Below are positions 12,392 to 22,569 of a stretch of 64,000 nucleotides of DNA, piece after piece (the first letter of the stretch is position 1; each line of letters opens with the position of its first letter). A program made the translations under genes and the position numbers. The DNA is from Malacoraja senta (taxonomy: Eukaryota). Location of the stretch: contig JAXLNO010000446.1 in NCBI GenBank assembly GCA_038087875.1, positions 248,001 through 312,000 of the forward strand, given 5' to 3'. The notes beneath the pieces are model-generated. The model worked only from the letters and a program-made list of their open reading frames with translations. It searched no databases and had not been told where the DNA came from.

Positions 12392-12838
12392 CTAGACCAA
12401 GTGCAGACCCGTTGGGTCTGGTCCCCGAAAGTGCTTGACACCCCGGGGTGTTGTTCCCGAACGTGCTTCAGACCCCGGGGTGAAAATCGTCGAAAAAAAG
12501 ATGGCGTCGTTTTCGGAGAAAATCGGCGAAAAAAAGATGGCGTCGTTTTCGGAGAAATCGGAGACAATCGGAGAAAATCACATGGGGGTGGGGGGGGGGG
12601 ATGGATTTTATTTAAAAAACGTGTACATAAACAGGACCGAATTTAATCAGGAGTGGCTATTCGTAAAGATAAATGTCATCTCTTTGGAAATGGTAAAAAA
12701 TATGGGCCTTTCCGCGCGCTGTGTGGGCCAGGGGCGGTATCAAAGGCGGCACAGGTCAAGCAGAACGTTGGACGTACGGACGTACAGACGTACAGACGGA
12801 CGACAGCCAGAGAGTTTTAAAAGTATAAGATAGATAGA
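12392..12838 (-). mobile_element. Non-autonomous Helitron-like element, copy 2
   Basis: On the minus strand: 5'-TC start, subterminal hairpin cagaccc-aac-gggtctg, 8 nt spacer, then terminal CTAG (12392-12395). Confidence 0.7.
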
Positions 12839-12842
12839 TTAT

Positions 12843-12940
12843 GATTAAACGGGAACTTACCAGTTTGAAGTTTGATCTTTATTTATGAGGAGTTACGTTG
12901 AGGGACTACGTGAAGACCCTGATCGTCCGCATGCGCGTCA
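12843..12940 (-). repeat. DIRS right terminus (terminal extension plus inverted terminal repeat)
   Basis: 12843-12912 is complementary to 13051-13121 (3 mismatches, 1 indel). 12904-12940 is the inverted repeat of 22325-22361. Confidence 0.9.
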
Positions 12941-13050
12941 ATCTTCAAAGCGGCGGTGTGAAATCACAGATAATAGTGACTGAAGTATAATAGTAAGATG
13001 GAAGAAGACTAGAACTACCAGATGACCTTAATGAGGGTTGGAGCGGAGGG

Positions 13051-13163
13051 CACGTAGTCCCTCAACGTAACTCCTCATAAAATAAAGATCAAACTTCGAA
13101 CTGGTAAGTTCTTGTTTAATCTTACTATTTTACTTCGGAGTCACGTGAGTGACTACGTAAAGA
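13051..13163 (-). other. DIRS internal complementary region (ICR)
   Basis: The first half is complementary to the right end. 13127-13163 is complementary to both left ends (tcttcacgtagtcactcacgtgactc..aagtaaaat). Confidence 0.9.
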
Positions 13164-13329
13164 TTTTAAAGCTTTGTGATTTCATGCCGCAGATACAAAT
13201 CCCGGCTTCTCACTGCATTTATGGACTCGGAACGAGAAATAATCAATAATGTATAAATAATGACATTTGCATGACAAATGCAGTAATTCATTTATTTGAA
13301 TAAAAGAATTAACAGTATCCCCTTTAACC

Positions 13330-14250
13330 CAGGGAAATTTAAGCAGAACTTAATATAGTATCTGCAAACAGCCCCGTATTGGCAATAGGCCGATGGTAAA
13401 AGTGTTGAAACACCAACTTATTAGATCACCCGTCGGCTGCGAAAAAATATAGTCGAAGGGACGTCCTTCACCCTGGTCGCCAATGTTGCTGCTAAACTGA
13501 ATGGAATGTAAAACCATCAATGTTCACTCCTGCAGCAACCAAAATTTGTTTTGACCATCTTAAAATAGTCTGAACTGACACTATCTTGTATCGTTTTTCG
13601 TGAATGATAAACAATCTTGTTTTCATATTTCATAAGACCTTTGTAGCCTCAATGTATTGCAACAAATATGTCTTAACACATAGACATGGATCCATGGAAT
13701 ATGCTAATAAAACACTCTTGAATCCTGTCACACCTGATCCTACTTCATTTGAGTAGGTCATAAAATGTAAAACATAACATTATCCTGAGATACTTCCATC
13801 CTGTGTATCTGTAACTTTTGTAATATCTGCACTCTTTGTACTTGTTACAAGTGCCATAAGCATAACTACCTTCATGCTGAACTTGGCCAAATCAGAATCG
13901 TACCAAGACTCCATTGATGAAGTAGCTTAAAACAACTCTATATTCCAGATTCCCATCCTAGGTTTAGAGGGTCTGGAATTAAAATTCCTTTCATTAATCT
14001 GGAAATGAAAGAACGAGACTCAACAGGATGTCTTTCCAACCTCATCAATAAAAAACGAGGTTAATGTACTTCTGGCTGAATAAAACGCACTATAACTCAA
14101 CCCCTCAAATAGAGTGTTGAGAAAACCCAAGACATTCGAGCCATGTGCCGTACAACATTTCATACTCTTTTATACACAGAAAATTTGTTCCCCATTCTTT
14201 ACATAATGGGAAAGCAGCATTTACAGAGTCACAACTCAGATTTGCAAATG
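13330..14250 (-). pseudogene. DIRS body A: degenerate tyrosine recombinase
   Basis: Hand translation gives RWSKQILVAAGVNIDGFTFHS and G*SNKLVFQHFYHRPI (HSxR and W...F..FY boxes), with frameshifts and stops. Confidence 0.85.
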
Positions 14251-14299
14251 TACTGCTTTTGAGTACTCTTCCGCCAGACTGCTGTAAGCATGTCCACAG

Positions 14300-16150
14300 C
14301 ATGCCCAGACAATCCTCTTTTTAAAAACCTGCAAATTAACAGATCCATACAGGCATATAACGGATGTTACTCTCCAATTATCGGATACACCAGTAACTCC
14401 CTTCTTTTGAGAACCTTTATCAGAAACTGTGTCATAAATTCCAATATCAAAGGGAACCATGGCTGCGTAGACCAGTCTGGTACCACCAGTACCCCAGAGG
14501 CAGCATCCTGCTTCATTTTAAGCAGACACCGGTTTCTGAGACAGAATGATGGAAAATGCATATAAAAACATACCACCCTAATGTAGCGAGAAACATCAAT
14601 CGCTACTGTCTCCCGATGTAGTCCCATAACACATATCTCTGTAACTGGTGATTGAGTCTGGATGAAAACAAGTTGTATCTGGCTTCCCAAATCTAACTAC
14701 AATATCATTAAAATCTTAAGGTTCAACATCCATTCTTTGTTATCATGGAAATTCCCGTAACCGGGTGTCTGCTACTATATTGAATCTAACTAGTAGATAA
14801 ATAGCTGAAACCAAGTATTTGTCAACACACCAAGTCCAGATTTGATTAGCCAATTTGTCATATGACACCAACTTAATTCCACCCATACAATTAATACATG
14901 CCATTGCTGTAGTGTTGTTAATTTGAAGCCGAACATGCATATTAGTTGTATTAACAACAAGCTTGGAGCTCATAAACCTTCCAATAGCTGTAAAACGTCG
15001 ATTCTCCATGTCTGCAAAAATAATGCTTCTTCCATATTCCATCTGTCCACAGATGGATACCTTTTCAGTGGCACCAATCCTAGTGCACTGACATCAGTCT
15101 GTAAGACCATGGAAGGCTGTTCAATCAGTATCTTGCTTGAACTACTGGAGACATGTTAAATCCACGACTGCAATCAGAAGCAGCATTTGTTGTTTAACTG
15201 CATGGCCTATCAAAAATGGCCACCATGCATCTTAGTGCCTTTTCTTTTTGCAGTCTGTAGCTGCTGGTAGTACAATGGCCCATATTGTATTGTTGGAAAA
15301 TAACACTAATTTCCCTAGCAATCTGACCACCTGTCTTAATTGAAGATTGTTGCTTTTCCTACAGCTTAATGCAACCATCAATTAGCTCTACCTTTTACCC
15401 TGGGTAAATCCTGTCAATTGAATCAATTGTGAAATTATAATAATCAATTGTTGTAAGTGGCGTTAACCTTAATTTCTCTCTGGATGAATTAAACCCAACT
15501 TTCAAAAGTGGATTGAACAATTGAGAGAGATAACTCACCAATTCTCTTGTTTGTCCTAATTAGGACATCATCCAGTTAAGCCATCAACATCAGTCCTTGG
15601 ACTTTAATTAGCCCCAAAATTGTTTTTACCAATTTAGTGAAATTCTCAGAACTGAAGTTAACCCATTGGACAGAACTTTGAATTGCCATCATTATTCATT
15701 CAGATAAATTTCAAATATTTTGATCTTACAAATGAACAGACACTAAGTAATATACATCTTTCAGATCTATGTGCCATATAACATCTTTTGAAATAAGTTG
15801 TTTGGCAGTCTCAAAGTCTCCATTTTGAAGTGTCCATACTTCACAAAATTTTAAAGACTTGTCAGATCTAAAATACTCACGTTTTTAGGTCGAGAAATTT
15901 TAAACACAATTTGGTGGTTTTGATAAACCGACCTTTCAATTACTTGTTTATAGACAAGTTTTCAATTCAGCTTGAACCTCCATCACTTCTTTTTGTGAAA
16001 TTGGAGTGTTCTGCTTGGAACATGCTGGATGGCAAATCAGTATTTGGATCGAATCAATTCGAAACCTTTGAATAATACTCAGAATAATAACTCTGAAGTA
16101 ATTTGCTTTCAATATTTGGCTGTTTTTGCCTTAATATGTTCCCATGAGAA
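14300..16150 (-). pseudogene. DIRS body A: degenerate RT / RNase H / methyltransferase-like ORF
   Basis: YGHFKMET (about 15820), HIDLKDVY, A*LDDVLI (YLDD box disrupted, about 15570), LQTDVSALG, HVRLQINNTTAMACINCMGG, GVLVVPDWSTQPWFP. Confidence 0.9.
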
Positions 16151-16169
16151 CCAGGTCCACCTACCTCCT

Positions 16170-17484
16170 TTGTCACCTGAGTGACCTGTGGTCCCTGGCT
16201 CCTGGCAATAAAAACCCACGCTTTTTCGTTTTCCTGCTGCAGGACACCAACTGCGCTCCTGCTTCAATGGTCGATTTGTTCCTGGTGTAGGCCCAGGATT
16301 TTGTATGATGTCTGAAAGGATACCTCCTCTTTGCAGACTTGCCGACCATTGATGTTTTGATCAACCTTGCTGTTTTTGCCTCATCATCCAACTCTTTCCC
16401 ACGTTTCGTGAGGTTTTTTCTCTGATGAATAAGTTGAATGACTGCACATTGCTGGGCTTTACAGAGTTGCTGCAACTTGGGGTTGATGGTGGACCAAATG
16501 GCATACTTCCTGAAACAATTCATCTCGAAGTGGGCGCTACATAGCAACCCTAGTGCCACTTGATGCATCTCCATCCCTGGCCTCCATCCATTGTTTAGCA
16601 AATTGCAGTTGTTCATCAACCCAGCAGCTTCAATATTCTCTGCAGTTTACTTTTCTTAGGCTCACATGCCTTCGCCCATCTGACCCCTTATATCTTGGTT
16701 CACTGCTAGTACTTTCAGCAATACGCAGTTCCTTGGGGTCTTGTGCTTTTTTGGCATTTTCATCCATCGTAAGCTACTAGAGCTGATGGAAGACACAATA
16801 GTTGATCGCAGAGGCCACTTCCTTTCCCAGTGGCTCTCCTGACTCTGACAGGGCAGCGAATCGTACTGCCAGGAGTAGAACATCTGGCAGCTGCCGTCTA
16901 TGCTTGTATTGGCCTCACCGTCAGACTCAGGGTCAGAACTCTCACAGAGCAGCGAATCGTACTGCCAGAAATAGACCATCTGGCAGCTGCCGTCTTTGCT
17001 TGTTTTGGAAAAACTCTGCTGACCCTGTGCACGCGTCTCATCAATGAGGGTGCTCTAAAACAGCCCTTTGCTAGGTGCTGCTGACCTGGCTTCTGGAGCC
17101 TGGCTTTGACTACACTCTCCCTGAGTGTGCTTTTCTCCAGTAACCTGTGTAACAGGGTTTTCATCTGAGAAATCCGCTCCAAAAGCAGTATCCAGCCCTG
17201 GAGTCGCATCCTCCCTCCGTGGGCCTCAAGGACTTGACTTTAGCCTTGCGCCCCACTGGTGCTGACTGAGTTATTTTCAACTCCAAGTCCACAGTCGCTA
17301 CACTCCCAGCCGGCGACTGTACAGGGGTCTGAGGCAGCTGTTCGCCGACCGCAATCTTGCGACTTTCCACTGGCTTTGCCGCTCGCCTCTTCCCCTTGTC
17401 CGTTTTTTCCATGGTACCTGTGGAAAAATCCCACAGACCCATAGCAAACGGACCCGGAAATATCGAAAAAAGTTTTTTACTCAC
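16170..17484 (-). pseudogene. DIRS body A: degenerate gag-like ORF1
   Basis: Broken ORFs 17161..17484, 16662..16979 and 16173..16619 lie between the left ITR and RT. Internal duplication at about 16850-17000. Called by position. Confidence 0.65.
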
Positions 17485-17546
17485 CTTGTAGTTTACAACT
17501 ACATTTCAACTACTCACGTCCGTTCGCGCCAAGGCGTCTGATGTAA

Positions 17547-17609
17547 TGACGCGCAGGCGCCGTGATGGGTCTTCTTCACGTAGTCACTCACGTGACTCCA
17601 AAGTAAAAT
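17547..17609 (-). repeat. Internal DIRS left terminus (body A)
   Basis: tgacgcgca...cttcacgtagtcactcacgtgactccaaagtaaaat, complementary to the ICR second half. Confidence 0.85.
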
Positions 17610-18153
17610 CAGTATCTACTCTTGCATAAATCACACTCCGTTTTATCATCTGGAAATGGTCTGAACGGATACGTTCTTATAAAGATTTTTGTAACTAATT
17701 AAACATTGCTAGTTCAGAGCCTCGATGTCTTTTGGTGACCTTGACGTCATGTTGTATATGTGCGCCTTCACATAACCAAAAGGTTCCTGGGTATACCTTG
17801 AACTATTTTGAGACCTGACACCCCTTCTGCTCTGCTTAAGTAAAGTATAAACATAAAATATTATATATTATTTACAGATGTAACCATCCTGTACCGTCGC
17901 ACTTATGTAGCGACTGCACCAGTTGCTTTAAAACCAGCGCCAGGAGGATAATTACCTTATGAGGGCCGGCCAAAGCTAAGGATGTAGCTGGAGCCCCCTG
18001 GCGAATAGTGTTAACACAATGTCAATATCCCATACTGCATTGTAGTTGTCCTGGGAGAACTTGTGTTAAAGATATCCTTTACAAACTCGATATCCGGGGG
18101 TGAACCCGATAGAGTGGGTCCCGTTTGCTGCAGCAGATATGATGGGAAGGCAC

Positions 18154-19211
18154 ACAAAAATGCTGGAGAAACTCAGCAGGTGCAGCAGTATCTATGGAGC
18201 GAAGGAAATATGCAACGTTTCGGGCCGAAACCCTTCTTCAGACTGATAGGTGGTGGGGAGAAGAAAGGAAAAAAGGAAAAAGGCGGAGGAGGAGCCTGAG
18301 GGCTGGGGGAGGGGAGGAGACAACCAGAGGGCTGATGAAGGGGAGGGGACAGCAAGGGCTAGCAGAATTGGGAGAATTCAATGTTCAAGCCCCCAGGATG
18401 TAGACTGCCCAAGCGGAATATGAGGTGCATTTCCTCCAATTTACGGTGTTGCTCGCTGTGGCCATGGAGGAGACCCAGGACAGAGAGGTCAGATACGGAA
18501 TGGGAGGGGGAGTTGAAGTGCTGAGCCACCGGGAGGTCAAGTTGGTTATTGCGGACCGACCGGAGGTGTTCGGCGAAACGATCGCCAAGCCTCCGCTTGG
18601 TCTCACCGATGTAGATCAGCTGGCATCTGGAGCAGCGGATGCAATAGATGAGGTTGGAGGAGATGCAGGTGAACCTCTGTCGCACCTGGAACGACTGCTT
18701 GGGTCCTTGAATGGAGTCGAGGGGGGAGGTGAAGGGACAAGTGTTGCTTCTCTTGCGGTTGCAAGGGAAAGTACCAGGGGAGGGGGTGGTATGGGAGGGA
18801 AGGGAAGAATTGACAAGGGAGTTACGGAGGGAGCGGTCTTTGCGGAAGGCATACATGGGGGGAGATGGGAAGATGTGGCGAGTGGTGGGGTCACGTTGGA
18901 GGTGGCGAAACTGACGGAGGATCACTTGTTGTATGTGACGGCTGGTGGGGTGAAAGGTGAGGACTAGGGGGACTCTGCCCTTGTTGTGAGTGGGGGGATG
19001 GGGAGAGAGAGCACTGTTGTGGGGTATGGCAGAGACCCTGGTGCGAGCCTCATCTATGGTGGAGGAGGGGAACCCCCGTTCCCTGAAGAATGAGGACATT
19101 TCAGATGCCCTGGTGTGGAACGCCTCATCCTGGGAGCAGATGCGGCGTAGACGGAGGAATTGGGAGTGGGGGATGGAGTCCTTACAGGAAGCAGGGTGGG
19201 AAGAAGTGTAA
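18154..19211 (-). mobile_element. 5'-truncated Penelope-like element with 12-bp TSD
   Basis: TSD atgggaaggcac at 18142-18153 and 19212-19223; pLTR at 18154-18250. Confidence 0.92.
18359..19210 (-). CDS. Penelope ORF C-terminus (RT thumb, linker, GIY-YIG endonuclease); open but 5'-truncated
   Basis: YTSSHPASCKDSIPHSQFLRLRR...FTCISSNLIYCIRCSRCQLIYIGETKRRLGDRFAEH...EMHLIFRLGSLHPGGLN. Confidence 0.9.
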   Translation of the reverse strand, partial: YTSSHPASCKDSIPHSQFLRLRRICSQDEAFHTRASEMSSFFRERGFPSSTIDEARTRVSAIPHNSALSPHPPTHNKGRVPLVLTFHPTSRHIQQVILRQFRHLQRDPTTRHIFPSPPMYAFRKDRSLRNSLVNSSLPSHTTPSPGTFPCNRKRSNTCPFTSPLDSIQGPKQSFQVRQRFTCISSNLIYCIRCSRCQLIYIGETKRRLGDRFAEHLRSVRNNQLDLPVAQHFNSPSHSVSDLSVLGLLHGHSEQHRKLEEMHLIFRLGSLHPGGLNIEFSQFC

Positions 19212-19429
19212 ATGGGAAGGCACGTTGGCCCAGTTAATGGCCCTATAACTCAATTATTGTCAAAAGACCATTTAAAATAAACTCCAAGACATCAGTAATC
19301 TGTACCGTTTTAACTGTAACATTAGCATTAAACAACGCTTCCCATCTCTGGAAGAAATGTACTGCTTTTTTGGTTCTATCCCAGCACTCTGGAGTGAACA
19401 CGTACAAGGATAGGTGGGACAACCCAAGC

Positions 19430-20770
19430 CGTATGGCAGTCTATTCAGAATCTGCAGAACATAAATTGATTTTATCATTCAAAGGCTAATTTCCCGAGCC
19501 ACAGGCTGAACCAACAAAGTTTACGTTTAGAATAACCGTATAAGGTTGTATTATTATTCCCGACAAATCAGGAATCAAAGCTGCATAGGCCAATCAGACA
19601 ATAGGAAAACCTAAACGGGATCTTGATGACTTTATTTGAAGACCCGATTGATGAGGGAAAATGGAGGAAGACATAAAAGACCATTCCTCCTCCTTGTAGC
19701 GAGAATGTATCTTTCGCCACTGTAATGCCACATATTTTTGCAACCTATGAATAAGCATGAAACCCATCATATCGATATTCTGTGTCTCATTGAACCAGAA
19801 TTTCATAAATACTGTGTGATCCAACACCCATTCTGTGTTGTCATTGATCTGTACTTAATGATACACCAGTGGCAAATGAGATTAGATAAACTATTACAGG
19901 ATACTTTTACTTGATTGTACCCATGTGACTAACATATGCCACCATCATAGTTTAACAACATGAAGTTGAGCATGCAGATTATGCATATTCGCTCAATCAC
20001 TCTTTAACCCATAAAATGCACGTAGGATCTATAGATAGTAGATACCAATTACTGAAGAATTGGTAACTCATGCAAATCTCCTCCACCTCCAAACTGGAGA
20101 TGACATTCGCAATTTCCCACGTTAGGGCCATTAGCATCAGTTTGCAATATAACTGAATTTTTTCCCTGACCAACTACTGGAGTAATGCGGAATACTGTTT
20201 GTCCATCATTGTGACTTTGGTAGCTTCAGCTAGTAATAGCATGGTAATAGGCGTGTTAACAATCACCTACATGGCACTTTAGAGTTTGCCATTTAGCATG
20301 GTTTCAGCTCTCCCACTTGCACAGCTGAATCACAGCTATTATATTGCCAATTAGTCTTAATGAATAGAAGGCTGCTTATAACAACAAGGCTGTTACAGGT
20401 TTCTATTACTCCAATCTGTTGCCCAAGCCCGAGTCATAGGCCAATTAATAGCTAAAGTGAAATCCCAATGGCCAACAACTCTATTTGGTAACAACTTAAT
20501 TTTAACTGGATAGAGGAGCCCAATTTCACAAAATAGTTTAAGACTGAAACAGTAGATTTTAACAAAATACAGTGTTAAAATATCATTCAGCCAAGACATA
20601 ACAAGTGTTTTTGAACTATGAGTAATCTGCTTCGAATGCTTTATTATCATCATACTGTTATTATTGCCTCATCATAGCAATTGCCTCCTCCAAATATCTC
20701 CAATGTTAACACCCTATGAAAATCAGTTGTTAATCACCCATCTTTCATAACGAACAGGCCACGCCTGCCA
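19430..20770 (-). pseudogene. DIRS body B: highly diverged RT / RNase H / MT-like region
   Basis: LVMSWLNDIL (aligns to MAYLDDIL), SVILQTDANG (RNase H TDAS box), NDNTEWVLDHTVF, PPFSLINRVFK, DWPMQL*F. Confidence 0.8.
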
Positions 20771-20774
20771 TCAT

Positions 20775-21050
20775 TTCGTGCCTGCCTTGAACGACAACTC
20801 TGGCCCGATTTCCGAGCATGTCTTGCAAGACAATCCTGGCAATAATACCGAGCCTCTCTGATAATTCTGACCTGTCTTAAAAGACAACTCTGGCCATAAT
20901 TCTGAGCCTATCTGGGCAGACAATTCTGGCCTCAATTCTGAGCCTGCCTCAAAGCAACTCTGCCTATCTTTCCGAGTCTGTCTCGAAGGCAATCCTGGCC
21001 AGTATACTGACCCTGCCTCAAAACACAATTCTGGCCCAATCCCAACCTGC
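20775..21050. repeat. Degenerate ~36-bp tandem repeat inside DIRS body B
   Basis: Recurring acaactctggcc..attctgagcctg unit. The minus frame reads ELSFKAG/ELRPELS/ELWPELS. Confidence 0.7.
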
Positions 21051-22260
21051 TTGGAATGCTAGTATTGTCCAGTTTTACATGTTTGGATGCCTCTAAGTAG
21101 ATTACAATGTCTTAATCATTTGTGTATCGTGCAACCATGTGTAAATCTTACCAACTTGTAAGTACCTTTCGCCAGCTTTCATGCTGCCACCAGCTTCAGT
21201 GAACCGCTTACTGCAGATAAAGACGTGAGGTGCGTTGTCGTCAACTATGAATCTTTGCTCGTCGTTGGCCTTGACTGGTCCAACAGCTTGTGCTTCGTCC
21301 TCCAGGTTTTGCCTGTTGAATAGGTCTTACCTGAACAGAAGATTCGGCGGCTGGCTCTAATGTCTCCCTGATAGCGGTGTTCTCTGCATTGTGTTGAGAT
21401 GGCAAACCTTGCTGCCAGGAATGGTACCTCTGACACGTGCCCTTCATCCCTTGGGGTATGCTCCACGGCTAAACCCTCAGACTCAGCGTCAGATTTACAC
21501 TGACCCGGCATGCTCCCCTGCTCCAAGAGGGAGACATTAAGCAGCCCTGTTACAAGGCATTGCTGGTGCTGCCATAGACTTGGCGTCAGATTACATACTG
21601 ACCCGGCGGCTTCCATCCCTTGGGGTATGCTGCTCTGCCATACCTCCAACCTCAGGGTCAGAACAACTGCCCCAGTAAGCTCACCCCTTCCATGAGGGAG
21701 ACATTATGCAGCCCTATTATAAGGCACTGCTGGCGTGGGCTCTCCCATAGGCCAGCACTGCCGTAGACTCAGCATCCCCATTAAGCAGCCCTGTCCAAGG
21801 CACTGCTGGCGTGGGCTCTCCCATAGGCCCGCGCTGACACAACTCCTGCTGTTGGAGTGTATCTAGATGGAGCCTCCTCTCCATTAGGAGCTCCATCCTA
21901 GCCAACCACCCAATTTTTACCCTTTACTGGAGGTGAACGCTCCCGGTACCAGGGCTGACCATTGTGGTCAGTTTTAGCCATATCCTGGGGACTACTATGG
22001 TCTGGGTGCCGCATTGCTGCTGGATTTCCCTTCCCCGGGAACCACAGCATCTGGCAGTCACTGACCGTCTTATCAGTGACTGCGATCGCAAACCCGACAT
22101 TCGCCAGCTACCCGCTTCCGCGGTCGGACCCGGTTTCCCCACAGACCATAGCTGGTTCCCTCGTCGGCCTTCGCGAAGCATCCGGCAGGAAACCTCTGTA
22201 ACAAGAGGTTCCTGCAAGAAATCAAAAACAGGTAAGAAATACAAACTTACCTGAAGTTTA
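21050..22260 (-). pseudogene. DIRS body B: degenerate gag-like region with internal direct repeats
   Basis: Position between the left ITR and RT. cattaagcagccctg..caaggcactgctgg recurs at about 21535, 21702 and 21779. Confidence 0.55.
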
Positions 22261-22324
22261 AACTTACCGCTGGCAGGAGCGACGCGCCTGCCAGTCCTGT
22301 TGCTTCGCCATGCGAGCGTCGTAA

Positions 22325-22385
22325 TGACGCGCATGCGGACGATCGGGGTCTTCACGTAGTCACTCACGTGACTCTGAAGTAAAAT
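22325..22385 (-). repeat. Outer DIRS left terminus (body B)
   Basis: tgacgcgcatgcggacgatcggggtcttcacgtagtcactcacgtgactctgaagtaaaat. Confidence 0.9.
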
Positions 22386-22569
22386 GTAGTACCTGCCTCA
22401 ACTACCTTCTCTGACAGCTCATTCCATATCCCTACCACTCTCTATATGAAAAACGTTGTCCCTCAGGTTCCAATTAAATCTTTCCCCTCGCACTTTAAAC
22501 CTATGTCCTCCAGTACTTGATTCCCCTACTCTGGGTAAAAGACTACCATTCATCCTATCTATTCCCCTC

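Larger units (their letters stand above)
17610..19430 (-). pseudogene. DIRS body B: degenerate tyrosine recombinase, truncated by body A and split by a Penelope insertion
   Basis: LSYRAINWA, FVKDIFNT, NYNAVWDIDIVLTL, LLALVLKQLVQSLHK, LLKQSRRG, VSVQTISR*IK, then VDT just before the body A terminus. The HSxR and catalytic Tyr boxes are absent. Confidence 0.8.
12843..22385 (-). mobile_element. Composite (double) DIRS-type tyrosine-recombinase retrotransposon
   Basis: Right terminus 12843-12940, ICR 13051-13163, left termini ending at 17609 and 22385. Two sets of degenerate RT/RNaseH/MT/YR motifs. Confidence 0.9.

Noticed and set aside
19272..21050. Possible viral or captured cargo ORFs between the two DIRS left termini
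   Set aside because: Hand translation shows degenerate DIRS RT/RNase H/MT/YR motifs, so this is a second DIRS body, not cargo.
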